Source of the DNA: Candidatus Saccharimonadota bacterium
GTDB lineage: Bacteria > Patescibacteriota > Gracilibacteria > UBA4473
Assembly (NCBI GenBank): GCA_030429505.1
Contig: JAUIFI010000001.1
Coordinates: forward strand, 990,001-1,022,000
Direction of reading: 5' to 3'
DNA length: 32,000 bases
Shown: positions 17,389 through 26,465 of the stretch, in pieces
Position numbering within the stretch: position 1 is the stretch's first letter
Layout of the letters: each line of letters starts with the position of its first letter
Made by a program: the position numbers and the translations under genes
Notes under the pieces: generated by a model
Told to the model about the DNA's origin: nothing
Seen by the model: only the letters and a program-made list of their open reading frames with translations
The model's database searches: none

Positions 17389-18432
17389 ATGAGTGATACA
17401 GGATATTTCGAATACTCAGATAGTCATAAAAAAGCATGGGATGATTTTGTTCTCCAATCTTCTTACGGTTCGATTCATCAAGTTTCTGACTGGAAATCAT
17501 TTCAGGAAAAAATTCCAGGACGAGAAATAATTCGTGGATTTGGAATCAAATCAAAAGACCAGATCAAAGCGGTCACTTGGTGCATTCAAATGAAAACAGG
17601 GTTTCGGGATACTTTTTGGTGGTACTCTCCACGAGGACCAGTCTTTGATCCCATTAAGGATAAAAAATACGGCGAATTACTGATCGACCATATTCAATCT
17701 CAATTACGTCAAACCAAAGCTCTTTTTTGGCGCTTTGATCCTTATTTTTCAACTCAAGAGTTTGAAACTCTCAAGGTTAAAACCCAAATGAGACCTTCCA
17801 CTCAAGACTACCAACCCACCAATACTTTGGAACTTGATCTAAACAAATCAAACGACCAGCTACTTAGCGAAATGAAGAGAAAAGGACGGTACAATATTAA
17901 GCTTGCGGAGAAAAAATCATTACGAGTTGAAGTCATTGAAAAAGGAAAATTTACAGATCAAGATATCAATGACTTCTGGCGACTCAATACCGAAACTACA
18001 AGCCGAGATGGATTTTCAGGACATGAAAAGAGTTATTACCAAAAACTTCTTACTTTCGTAAAAAATTATGCAGTCCTGTTTTTTATAACTACTTCTGATA
18101 ATGTCCGTATTGCAACCGCTATTTCTACCTTTTGCAGTTCGAAAGCTATTTATTATTTTGGAGCTTCAACTTCCAATCCAGAACATCGTCCTCTTATGGC
18201 ACCCTATTTACTTCAATGGGAAATGATACAATTCGCTAGAATAAAAAAATGTACGACTTATGATTTTCTCGGCATCGCTCCCGAAAATGAACCAGATCAT
18301 AAATATAGTAGTATATCAGAATTTAAATGGAAATTTGGTGGAGAACGAAAAATTTATGGCAGAGGCAGAGAAATTGTCTTTTCTCCGTTCTGGTATCAAA
18401 TCTATCAAGGAGTCAAACGACTTAAATCATAA
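17389..18432 (+). CDS. FemAB-family peptidoglycan interpeptide-bridge aminoacyltransferase
   Basis: 347 aa: ..KRKGRYNIKLAEKK...APYLLQWEMIQFARIKKCTTYDFLGI...EFKWKFGG.. matches FemX/FemAB family blocks. The ATG directly abuts the upstream TAA. Confidence 0.8.
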   Translation: MSDTGYFEYSDSHKKAWDDFVLQSSYGSIHQVSDWKSFQEKIPGREIIRGFGIKSKDQIKAVTWCIQMKTGFRDTFWWYSPRGPVFDPIKDKKYGELLIDHIQSQLRQTKALFWRFDPYFSTQEFETLKVKTQMRPSTQDYQPTNTLELDLNKSNDQLLSEMKRKGRYNIKLAEKKSLRVEVIEKGKFTDQDINDFWRLNTETTSRDGFSGHEKSYYQKLLTFVKNYAVLFFITTSDNVRIATAISTFCSSKAIYYFGASTSNPEHRPLMAPYLLQWEMIQFARIKKCTTYDFLGIAPENEPDHKYSSISEFKWKFGGERKIYGRGREIVFSPFWYQIYQGVKRLKS

Positions 18433-18556
18433 GAAAAAATCCGACAAAGCGTTTAAAACGTTTCGCCGGATTATAAAGTTTTATGCTCCAATATCCATCA
18501 TCAATCCTATCTCACCAACACTTACTCCTTTGAAAAAGAGAAACTTTCTTCCTCCT

Positions 18557-19339
18557 TCAGAGGGGTGATATCAAGTGTAAGAAATGAGAAGGTGAGAGAT
18601 TTTCATATTGGAGCATAAGAATATCTAGTTTTGACTGAAGCTCTCCATGACGAGTTCCCAACTCAACCGAAAGAGTCTGCTGAGAACGAAAACGAGACTT
18701 ATTTCTACGAATACTTCGATTCAACTCTTGAACGCTATTTTGAATAGGTTCAATCGTATTTCGATAATAAATTTGTTTCAAAGCAACACGAGTTGCTTCC
18801 TTTGGATCATAGTATGTATAGGCAGCACCAGCAATCCACGAAACAAATGTGTGTTCTTGTAAAACACTATAAGCAGCTTGGCTTATAGAATCAGCAAAAG
18901 GAATCTCCGTATGGGTAAGCGTATACAAAACAGTAGTATCTGTGTCGGGAAGGATTTCCCCCATAACCGCTGATGCTACTATATGGTCGAGACTGTAAGC
19001 TTCAATTTCCTGCTTGAGTTCATACGCTTTTGTAGCTTGCACTTCCAAATCACTTTCAAGTGAAAGAATATCACGAATGAAATTTGCTTGTTGAATTTCG
19101 CACTGAAGTATCGCAGAATCAAGAATCTCAATAGAATCTTTAACTATACGTATTTCAGACATCAACGAGTCTCGAGCATGCAGATAAGCATGTGATGCTG
19201 TACTATCCCGCCTCAAGCGCGTTTGTTCCAAAACCAGATAATTATCTGAAACGGAAATCAACGTATAGCATAATATTATAGCAACCAAGACAAATCCGCC
19301 CACAATAGAAACGGTCAATGAAAGAGATGGTTTGTTCAC
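18557..19339 (-). CDS. Membrane-anchored coiled-coil protein, unknown function
   Basis: 260 aa. GTG start with a GAGGA SD 7 nt upstream. One N-terminal TM, and the remainder is heptad-like and helical. Confidence 0.55.
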   Translation of the reverse strand: MNKPSLSLTVSIVGGFVLVAIILCYTLISVSDNYLVLEQTRLRRDSTASHAYLHARDSLMSEIRIVKDSIEILDSAILQCEIQQANFIRDILSLESDLEVQATKAYELKQEIEAYSLDHIVASAVMGEILPDTDTTVLYTLTHTEIPFADSISQAAYSVLQEHTFVSWIAGAAYTYYDPKEATRVALKQIYYRNTIEPIQNSVQELNRSIRRNKSRFRSQQTLSVELGTRHGELQSKLDILMLQYENLSPSHFLHLISPL

Positions 19340-19553
19340 AAGACATCCTCACTGTAATTTAAAAATTTCTACCCTTACTGTTCAAGGCAAACAGTATGAA
19401 GATAGATGATGACTTCAAAGAAAATAAAAATATCTCTTCATAAATAGGAGACTAGCAAGAAATAATAATTTCTCTGTCTCTGTCAAAATGAAACCATAAG
19501 ATTAATTTAATATAAAGATAAGTCTACTTCCTTCTTAAGGAAGTAGAAAATAA

Positions 19554-21566
19554 CTATTTCACATGAACCTGCAAAATATTATGAAAGCGATGAAGTCCTA
19601 AATCTCGATGAGATTTTTTATAGAAAAGATTGGTTTCAACATTGACTATCTGCTTATCAGGATTTTTTCTAACGACAGCACTATACGACACGACTCCATG
19701 ATTAAATTGTAAGCAACGAAACATGTGAGAGTCATGAAGACAATTTTTGTGAAGAGGAAAAGAAGATATCTCGGTAAAAAAACTAGGAAGTTCATGAACC
19801 AATCTTTCTGCTACGTAAGGCTGAGGAAGATCAAATTCAAACGTTATCCCTTCCCCTTCCTTTAGTATTACTGAGTGAGGATTTTCAAAAAAGGCATCTT
19901 TGGTTTTGATACGAAAAGATACAGATTTTTGAAAAACATTATCAAGACCTCCATCTTCATTTTTATCCCATATTTGTTCCGGTGGAATTTCCTCTGAAGA
20001 AAAAGATGAAAGATTCTGAGGATGAATCGACACCAAAGAAAAAGTATTTTTACCAGTTTTATCAAGAACTAAACCGTAAAGATTTCCAGTTTTTGGATGT
20101 ATGTGAAGTTCTTTTACAGAAAATGATAAAGCAAACTGTTGTACCGAAAAATCATTCGTATCAATAACAAAAAGGCGTGAAGAAGCAGAAGTATTGTCAA
20201 CAACACTATATTTTTTCGTTTCAATATTATATACACCGCTCCCACCATAATAACGCTTAAGATCAGGAATAAGAATTTTCTTTTGGATCACCCCACTTCC
20301 AAGATTAAATGATGTAAAGTACATACTATTATCCTGATTCAAAAGCCCATATAGCGTATTGCTTTCTGTATCAATCGCCAATTCTCGCATATCTGGAGGT
20401 ACGGAACGTTGAACTGCCACCTGACCAGTCTGGGGATAGATCATATAGAGCCTAGAAACAAGGTTGGCTTCATAGCCCAAAAGAACATAAGTTTTTGTTT
20501 TTGGATTATAGGCAGAACTCCCTCCTGTATATGCCTTCATGCTAGGAATAAAAATTCTCCGTTTTACTGTGAAATCTGATAAATCCAAAGAAACAAAATA
20601 CATATCAGTTTCAAGATTTTTATTCTCTATCTTACTCACTCGTTCAATACCATAAAGACTATTTGATTCCAGATCGATCTGGAGTTCCATTAATTCTCTG
20701 AAAGGTTTCTGTGTTTCTATATCACCTGCATTCGTATCTATGACATACAATTGTGGCAGACCATCTTTATCATAACCACGAAGTAAGTATTTATCAGTAT
20801 TGGAGTTATAGGTTGAACTGCCGCTAATAAAAAAGTTCAAGTCAGGAATAACATCCAGAATAACTTTTGAACTATCTTCTAAAATAGTAGAACCTGTATT
20901 TGAATCGGTATTCGATTCATCTATACGTTCTTGTCCCGCGAATAAATATTGATAGATAGCCACCGCCACTTCATTTCGTGTCAAAAAACGACTTGGTTCT
21001 AAATTGGTAGCACTTCTTTTGGGAAATAAATCATATTTCTCTGCCGCACCAGCAAAAGGTGAAAACCAGTCCTGAAAGGCGACATCATCATAAGCATGAT
21101 CAATATTTTTTGTAATCCCATATGCTTGGGTCATCATCTTTAAAAATTCAGCCGTATTGACTGATCTTTCCGGACGAAAAAAACCATCTGGATAGCCATC
21201 GATAATATTTGATTCTGCTGCTTTGAGAACATATGGGGCATACCATTGGTCTCGCAATACATCAAAAAACTGATCATTATCAGTAAACTGACCGGTATCG
21301 ATTTTTGCTGAAAGCAATAAAAATTTAGCCGCTTCGGCTCTATTGACCGGACGATTTCCTTTAAATTCTCCATCCGGATAGCCATTAATAATGCCGTGTT
21401 CACGAAGTGTGGTGGCGGCAATCTGCTCTAAGCTTCCTGGCAACATATCAGGAAAGTGAACGACCTGCTGAGTAGTATCTGATGCAGCTTTTCCAACGTG
21501 AAAGCTAAAAGAAATAAGCACTCCCAAGAGGAATGCTCCCATAAATCGAGAAAAAATATTTTGCAT
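19554..21566 (-). CDS. S-layer homology (3x SLH) protein with three internal ~95-aa repeats
   Basis: ATG at 21566 is preceded by GTGAGGA; the ORF-track GTG at 21575 lies inside that SD. After the signal peptide come three SLH-like units (..INGYPDGEFKGNRPVNRAEAAKFL.., ..IDGYPDGFFRPERSVNTAEFLKMM.., ..LEPSRFLTRNEVAVAIYQYL). Then come three repeats: ..YNSNTDKYLLRGYD..LYVIDTN.., ..YNPKTKTYVLLGYE..LYMIYPQ.., ..YNIETKKYSVVDN..LFVIDTN... Confidence 0.85.
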   Translation of the reverse strand: MQNIFSRFMGAFLLGVLISFSFHVGKAASDTTQQVVHFPDMLPGSLEQIAATTLREHGIINGYPDGEFKGNRPVNRAEAAKFLLLSAKIDTGQFTDNDQFFDVLRDQWYAPYVLKAAESNIIDGYPDGFFRPERSVNTAEFLKMMTQAYGITKNIDHAYDDVAFQDWFSPFAGAAEKYDLFPKRSATNLEPSRFLTRNEVAVAIYQYLFAGQERIDESNTDSNTGSTILEDSSKVILDVIPDLNFFISGSSTYNSNTDKYLLRGYDKDGLPQLYVIDTNAGDIETQKPFRELMELQIDLESNSLYGIERVSKIENKNLETDMYFVSLDLSDFTVKRRIFIPSMKAYTGGSSAYNPKTKTYVLLGYEANLVSRLYMIYPQTGQVAVQRSVPPDMRELAIDTESNTLYGLLNQDNSMYFTSFNLGSGVIQKKILIPDLKRYYGGSGVYNIETKKYSVVDNTSASSRLFVIDTNDFSVQQFALSFSVKELHIHPKTGNLYGLVLDKTGKNTFSLVSIHPQNLSSFSSEEIPPEQIWDKNEDGGLDNVFQKSVSFRIKTKDAFFENPHSVILKEGEGITFEFDLPQPYVAERLVHELPSFFTEISSFPLHKNCLHDSHMFRCLQFNHGVVSYSAVVRKNPDKQIVNVETNLFYKKSHRDLGLHRFHNILQVHVK

Positions 21567-21597
21567 TATCCTCACTATAAACTGCTTCTCAAAAGAA

Positions 21598-21627
21598 AAA
21601 AAGCCTGTGAGGTAACAAGCTTTTTTT
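21598..21627 (-). terminator. Intrinsic terminator/attenuator immediately upstream of the SLH gene
   Basis: Minus strand: A7-GCTTGT-TACCTC-ACAGGC-T6. The non-Watson-Crick pair is G:U only on the minus strand. It lies about 25 nt before the SLH gene SD. Confidence 0.5.
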
Positions 21628-21912
21628 CATAGTAAATATTTATAAATATTAAAATTACTTCAGTAATGTTAATTTTTCCACCTTCATAAGAATTTCTTTA
21701 AGCATCACCTGCTTGTGCTTGTTTCACAAATTGAATCAGGCACGCGTTCATTATCTCCGCCTTATCCAACTATACTATAATCTTTAGTGATGGTTGGGAA
21801 ATGAGCGTTGGTCATCAGTTCACTCGTATCATAATAAATAAGGAATTGGAAACACTTCCGATACCCATAACTGACAGAAAAAAATGTGCGACATTTTTTT
21901 TAAAATAAAGAT

Positions 21913-21951
21913 AAAAAAAAACGCCGGAACCTTCTGGGAGAAGGTCCGGCG
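21913..21951 (-). terminator. Strong intrinsic terminator (minus strand)
   Basis: Minus strand: CGCCGGACCTTC-TCCCA-GAAGGTTCCGGCG (12 bp with one bulged base) followed by T9. Confidence 0.75.
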
Positions 21952-22129
21952 GAGTAATCAAGCTTCCATCCAAACTGAGTAATGAAATCAGTGGAAAACC
22001 AGTTTGAATGGAACATTGCATCGATTGCTTAATCGCGGTAAGCAATCGGCAGCAACAGCAGCAACAAAGGCAGGTTAGCGATAATCACCGTTTATCCGAG
22101 AGTCTTGAATATCAACTCAAACTCCAGGC
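21913..22129 (-). ncRNA. Candidate ~215-nt structured RNA (unknown class) or long structured 3' UTR/leader
   Basis: Bounded by a TTGACA-17-TATCTT promoter candidate (22136..22164) and the strong terminator. It contains a perfect 10-bp hairpin (CGATTGCTTA/TAAGCAATCG, 22022-22048) and a 13-bp hairpin (21965-22012) whose odd pair is G:U only on the minus strand. The sole ORF (21815..22045) runs through the terminator. Confidence 0.3.
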
Positions 22130-22135
22130 GCAAAC

Positions 22136-22164
22136 AAGATAAAAAATCCTGTGACACATGTCAA
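22136..22164 (-). promoter_or_regulatory. Promoter candidate for the structured RNA
   Basis: Minus strand reads TTGACA-17 nt-TATCTT, starting 30 nt downstream of the ccdA-like stop. Confidence 0.35.
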
Positions 22165-22193
22165 AGTTTTCTTAAATTTTTATGAAGGACGCT

Positions 22194-22922
22194 TCATTCT
22201 TCGAATTTTTCCAGAAGTTGTTCTTCGATTTTCGTAACATCAAAATAGTTGTTATCCAGTAGATATGCTTCAAGCTTTTTATCATATCCCGTTAAGATAG
22301 CCACTCCCACAATGAAAAAGAGAACTCCTAGGAGTTTTCGAAACCAGCCATGAGGATTCGCCGCCCAACGAAATCGAGCAATCGCTTTTTGTCCAAAAAA
22401 AGCAATGATAAACATAACCGAAGCCAAGCCTAATCCATAAGCTAATAAATTGATAAATCCGATAAAAAAGCTCGCTGGAAGTACCGTTGCTAAAATCACA
22501 AAATACACTGGACTGCAGCTCGCAAATACTGGACCCAAAGAAGCTCCAATAAGAATCATCCCCCAAACTCCCTTTTTTTGATTCGCTTGAGAAAGAAGCT
22601 TACTCGAACCGTTGCCAAATTTAAATTTCTCAGAGACCTTTTCCCACAGATTGGGGAAAAGCGTAATAATACCAAAGAAAATAATAATCCCTCCAGACAG
22701 TCCTTTCCAAAAGGATCGAGGGATATCAATGAGTAAGGTAGAGGCTTTTAAGAGTAAAGTAAAAAGAATAATTGATCCCCCCAAAGACAACGTAATGATG
22801 AGAGGGCGCCATGGATTTTTATCCGTTAAACTCCCTCCAATCACCACTGGCAATACTGGCAAGACACAGGGCGCCAAGACAGTAAGAATTCCTGCCAAAA
22901 ATGAGAGGAGGAGAAAGTCCAT
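22194..22922 (-). CDS. ccdA: CcdA/DsbD-family thiol:disulfide electron-transfer membrane protein
   Basis: 242 aa, polytopic. N-terminal LAGILTVLAPCVLPVLP and second-half ..FASCSPVY.. supply the two conserved Cys in TM segments. Confidence 0.85.
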   Translation of the reverse strand: MDFLLLSFLAGILTVLAPCVLPVLPVVIGGSLTDKNPWRPLIITLSLGGSIILFTLLLKASTLLIDIPRSFWKGLSGGIIIFFGIITLFPNLWEKVSEKFKFGNGSSKLLSQANQKKGVWGMILIGASLGPVFASCSPVYFVILATVLPASFFIGFINLLAYGLGLASVMFIIAFFGQKAIARFRWAANPHGWFRKLLGVLFFIVGVAILTGYDKKLEAYLLDNNYFDVTKIEEQLLEKFEE

Positions 22923-23000
22923 GACCTTTTAAGTGTACAGAAAAAAGGAAAAGAAAAAAGAGGTCATCAAGACCTCTTTTTTCTTAATTACAGTAAAAAT

Positions 23001-23492
23001 TTAGCTTGAGAAATGTTCGGTAACAACCTCTATAGAAGGATCAGTTGCGATTTTCACAACTTCTCCAGAAGCGTCAAAGAACACAGCTGTTGATTGTTGG
23101 GTAACACCCAATTCTTGCAGCAACGCTTCTTCGGTATCGTAATCTGCCTTTAAGATGACAGTATTTTCAGGAAGTCGAGCCATAGATTCCATGATTTTCG
23201 CCTCCCAAGCTTTGCATGTTGGGCACCAATCTGCGTGAAAGAATACAACAAAAGGTTGATTCCCTTTGAGTTCTGCCATACTTTCCGCAGAATATTCTTT
23301 GTACATAGTATTATCTTGCATCATAGCTTCCCCTTTTTCTTCCATAGAACCGTCATTATGCATAGTGTCCTCTTTGTTTATCATAGATTCTTCCATTCCA
23401 TCAGTATTATCAGTAGAAGGGACATGTTGACATCCAACTAAAATTAGACCAAAAACAAGGGTTAAAAGCGTTTTGCTCATCATAAAAAACAT
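23001..23492 (-). CDS. Thioredoxin-fold lipoprotein (WCPTC) with Met/His-rich linker
   Basis: Lipobox LILVGC, then a Met-rich acidic linker (..MEESMINKEDTMHNDGSMEEKGEAMMQDNTM..), then FFHADWCPTCKAWE, a thioredoxin active site. Adjacent to the ccdA-like gene. Confidence 0.85.
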   Translation of the reverse strand: MFFMMSKTLLTLVFGLILVGCQHVPSTDNTDGMEESMINKEDTMHNDGSMEEKGEAMMQDNTMYKEYSAESMAELKGNQPFVVFFHADWCPTCKAWEAKIMESMARLPENTVILKADYDTEEALLQELGVTQQSTAVFFDASGEVVKIATDPSIEVVTEHFSS

Positions 23493-23568
23493 TAATAGAT
23501 ACGAACAAAGTTTATTTTAAAGGAGAAGAAAAAAGGATCAAATTTTTTTAAAGAGAATTTCAGTTGCT

Positions 23569-25860
23569 TCAATCTGAAAGTCCATAAATTTCTCGCGGCT
23601 TAGCTCCTCTTGATGGACCAATGATTCCTCGTCCTTCCATTTGATCTAAGATCCGAGCCGCTCTCGCATAGCCGATTTCAAGCCTTCGTTGTAGGAAACT
23701 CGCAGAAGCTTTATTGGTTTCCAATACCACAAATACAGCATCTTGAAATAAAGGATCGAGATTTTCATCACTCGTAGCTTCTGAACCAGCGGTCAAAACA
23801 CCTCCTTTGGCCATTCCTTCAATAGATTGATTGGTAATCTCGTCATTCGCAATCATTTCCGGGAACTGGAGTTTGATGTGATTCGTTACTCGTTCGACTT
23901 CTTCATTTGATATATAAATCCCTTGAAGGCGTGTAAGTGTTCCACTATTTCCATCGAGATTGAGCATATCTCCAAAGCCCAATAAGTCTTCAGCTCCAAT
24001 CTGATCAATAATTGTTCGAGAATCTATTCCCGAAGACACTTTAAAGGCGATTCGTGCTGGTAAATTGGCTTTGATAAGTCCCGTTACGACATCGACAGAT
24101 GGACGTTGAGTTGCCACAATTAAATGCATACCGACCGCTCTCGCCATTTGAGCAATTCGACAAATCGCTGCTTCCACGTCTTTCCCTGCTACCATCATCA
24201 GATCTGCTAGCTCATCAATGACAATCACAATAAACGGTTCTTTTTCATCTTTATGTTTGTCATTGTATTCCGTAATATTTCGACACTTAGCTTTCTCAAA
24301 CAACTTATATCGACGATTCATCTCCGCCACAGCCCACGCTAAAGCCGAGACACATTTCTCTGGTTCTACAATTACAGGTGTCAAAAGGTACGGTAAATTA
24401 TTGTACAAAGACAATTCTACTCGCTTTGGATCAACGAGGATGAGTTTGAGTTTGTCTGGAGAGTTTTGCCACAAAAGAGATATCAAAAATGAATTCATCG
24501 CCACAGATTTTCCAGAACCCGTCTTTCCAGCGATAAGCAAGTGAGGCATTTTTTGAAGATCTGCCACAAAAGGTTTTCCGGCTACATCTCGTCCCAAAGC
24601 TAGTTTGAGGTTCGAATCCGCATCAGCCCAGACATCAGACTCCAAAATTTCCCGCATACCGACAATGGCTCGGTCATCATTTGGTATCTCAATTCCCACC
24701 AAAGATCGACCTTGAATCGGAGCTTCAATCCGTAAATTTTTCGCAGCCAATGCCAAGGCCAAATCATTCTTGAGAGCAGTAATTTTCGTAAGTTTGATCC
24801 CCGCCGAAGGTTGTAATGTAAATTGTGTCACCGTGGGTCCTACGTGGACAGATTTCATGATGACTTCAATTCCAAATTGTTCTAACTTTTCTCGAATCAC
24901 CTCGGCTTTTTGACGAATTTTGGCTTCATCGACCACGATAGTAGAAATTTTCTCTTTTAGTAACTCAATATCTGGCGGCTCCCAAGTGCCGGAAAGTGCC
25001 TGATTTTTCGCTTTCGTTAATTCATCTTCCTTTTCTTCCAGGTCAACTGTGTTGGTTGAAGAAGGTTTGTCTCCGGTGGAATCAATAATTTCCAATTCAT
25101 TTTTAAAATGTTGGGCAGCGGGTGTGATTTTTTGCTTGGTATTTGATTTATTGGAAGAAGCATTGTCAGAAATCGGAAGGTCTTTCTGAGGTCGAAATTT
25201 CTGTAAAACATCAGAAATACGAATACCAAAAGCCACCATTCCTGACACCCAGAACAAACCAAAAAGAAGCACCGCCGCTACCGTATCTCCCAAAAATTCA
25301 CGAGGAAAAAACCCAATCGCAAATCCCAAAGCTCCACCATATGATTTAGAATCAGCCAGAGAATCTTCTAACGGCACAAATAGATTTAAAAAACCAAGCA
25401 GAGACACAAAAAAGAGCAAAATGGCAAGGACTCGGGCAGGAGGGAATGTTTTGTCTCGCTGTAATAAAAAAGCCACCCCAATTCCTCCCAGAAAAAGAGG
25501 AATCAACCATGTCCCCATACCAAAAAGCTTTGCGAGTAATGCGAGAAGTGTAACCGAAAAATCAGTCGTACTAAAAAACAAAGTCACCAAAAAAACAGCC
25601 GCTACAATCCAGATCACCGCCCAAATTTCCGTTTTCATCGAATCATTCATAAAAGAATCCCACGCTTCATCTGTTTCTTTTTGTTTCGCTACTTTTTTAG
25701 CGGCTTTTTCCTTCGCTTTCATGCGAACAGCTTTTGTTTTTTCTTTCTTTTTTTCATTGTCCAACATCTTTTTAGCCATCTTTTCAGCCTCTTTTTTGAG
25801 GATCGAAGAAGGGATCTTTACTTTTGGCGCAGGCTTTCTCTTGGAAAACATACCCAACAT
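23569..25860 (-). CDS. ftsK: DNA translocase FtsK/SpoIIIE
   Basis: 763 aa. N-terminal TM block and a Lys-rich linker. Walker A is GKTGSGKS and Walker B is IVIVIDELADLM. The C-terminal gamma winged helix reads ..ASASFLQRRLEIGYARAARILDQMEGRGIIGP.. Confidence 0.93.
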   Translation of the reverse strand: MLGMFSKRKPAPKVKIPSSILKKEAEKMAKKMLDNEKKKEKTKAVRMKAKEKAAKKVAKQKETDEAWDSFMNDSMKTEIWAVIWIVAAVFLVTLFFSTTDFSVTLLALLAKLFGMGTWLIPLFLGGIGVAFLLQRDKTFPPARVLAILLFFVSLLGFLNLFVPLEDSLADSKSYGGALGFAIGFFPREFLGDTVAAVLLFGLFWVSGMVAFGIRISDVLQKFRPQKDLPISDNASSNKSNTKQKITPAAQHFKNELEIIDSTGDKPSSTNTVDLEEKEDELTKAKNQALSGTWEPPDIELLKEKISTIVVDEAKIRQKAEVIREKLEQFGIEVIMKSVHVGPTVTQFTLQPSAGIKLTKITALKNDLALALAAKNLRIEAPIQGRSLVGIEIPNDDRAIVGMREILESDVWADADSNLKLALGRDVAGKPFVADLQKMPHLLIAGKTGSGKSVAMNSFLISLLWQNSPDKLKLILVDPKRVELSLYNNLPYLLTPVIVEPEKCVSALAWAVAEMNRRYKLFEKAKCRNITEYNDKHKDEKEPFIVIVIDELADLMMVAGKDVEAAICRIAQMARAVGMHLIVATQRPSVDVVTGLIKANLPARIAFKVSSGIDSRTIIDQIGAEDLLGFGDMLNLDGNSGTLTRLQGIYISNEEVERVTNHIKLQFPEMIANDEITNQSIEGMAKGGVLTAGSEATSDENLDPLFQDAVFVVLETNKASASFLQRRLEIGYARAARILDQMEGRGIIGPSRGAKPREIYGLSD

Positions 25861-26040
25861 TATACCCTAAAAAAGTATAAAATAATATTGACAAAAGTGT
25901 GCAAATATTTTAAAAACAAATTAGTTCTTTCATATGTTCTGCTTTTTTCTTACCAAAAAAAGAAATATGAAGCCACCGATGTGCTGATTGAGCATCGGCA
26001 GGTCGGTGACTTATATATTTTCGAATTTGTGAGGTATCTT

Positions 26041-26397
26041 ATGTATAAACACATATCCGACCAAGCATCAAAGAAATTCTCATTCACTTACCGAATGGAT
26101 GAATTCCACGTAATCCATGTGATTACAGTTGCGATTTCATCGAATTTGATCGATGAAAAAGTTTTTAACTTGATGCGAAACAATAAAAAAATAATTTGGC
26201 AGATGGTAGAACCGCTAGCCAAAGAAGCAGTCAAGGCTTTTGTTCAAAACTCGGATCTGAACGATGATCTGCGATTTCATGAGTCGCAAGAAATCTGTCT
26301 GGCAGGACTCTCAGAAAAGTTTGACGTAACGTCTCTGGGAACTTGTGCTTGGTGGACAGAATCGATCGAATGGGAAGAGCAGGAATTGTGTAGCTAA
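26041..26397 (+). CDS. Hypothetical protein (118 aa)
   Basis: Only the 3' half of ORF 25681..26397 is credible, because its 5' part is antisense to ftsK. The ATG at 26041 has a GAGG SD 6 nt upstream. No domain recognised. Confidence 0.45.
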   Translation: MYKHISDQASKKFSFTYRMDEFHVIHVITVAISSNLIDEKVFNLMRNNKKIIWQMVEPLAKEAVKAFVQNSDLNDDLRFHESQEICLAGLSEKFDVTSLGTCAWWTESIEWEEQELCS

Positions 26398-26425
26398 TAA
26401 TGCGACACAAGAAATAACGTATTGT

Positions 26426-26465
26426 AGGGAGATATGCAGAATATCTGTGTATCTCTCTTTTTTTA
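26426..26465. terminator. Hairpin plus T tract between convergent genes
   Basis: AGGGAGATA...TATCTCTCT stem followed by T7 (26458-26464). It lies between the stop at 26397 (+) and the stop at 26463 (-). Confidence 0.5.

Noticed and set aside
21815-22045. 76-aa ORF (-) in the ccdA-SLH intergenic region.
   Set aside because: It reads through the strongest intrinsic terminator in the window (21913-21951). It has no SD and no recognisable features, so the region is better explained as non-coding RNA or a leader.
22050-22075. GCAGCAACAGCAGCAACAAA repeat, considered as a possible tmRNA tag-coding region.
   Set aside because: There is no tRNA-like 3' domain (GGTTCGA..CCACCA) and no GGGG..TGA 5' end nearby. 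The structural evidence also favours the opposite strand.
23569-25860. FtsK-like ATPase as a T4SS coupling protein for the nearby pilin-like genes.
   Set aside because: It has the full chromosomal FtsK architecture (N-terminal TM block, long linker, motor, C-terminal gamma winged helix). It is also separated from the pilin-like pair by mutY and another gene.
25421-26040. ORFs 25421..25870 and the 5' part of 25681..26397 (+).
   Set aside because: They are antisense to the ftsK N-terminal region, and the repetitive F/S-rich translations reflect the complement of Lys/Glu codons. Only the part from ATG 26041, which has an SD, is retained.
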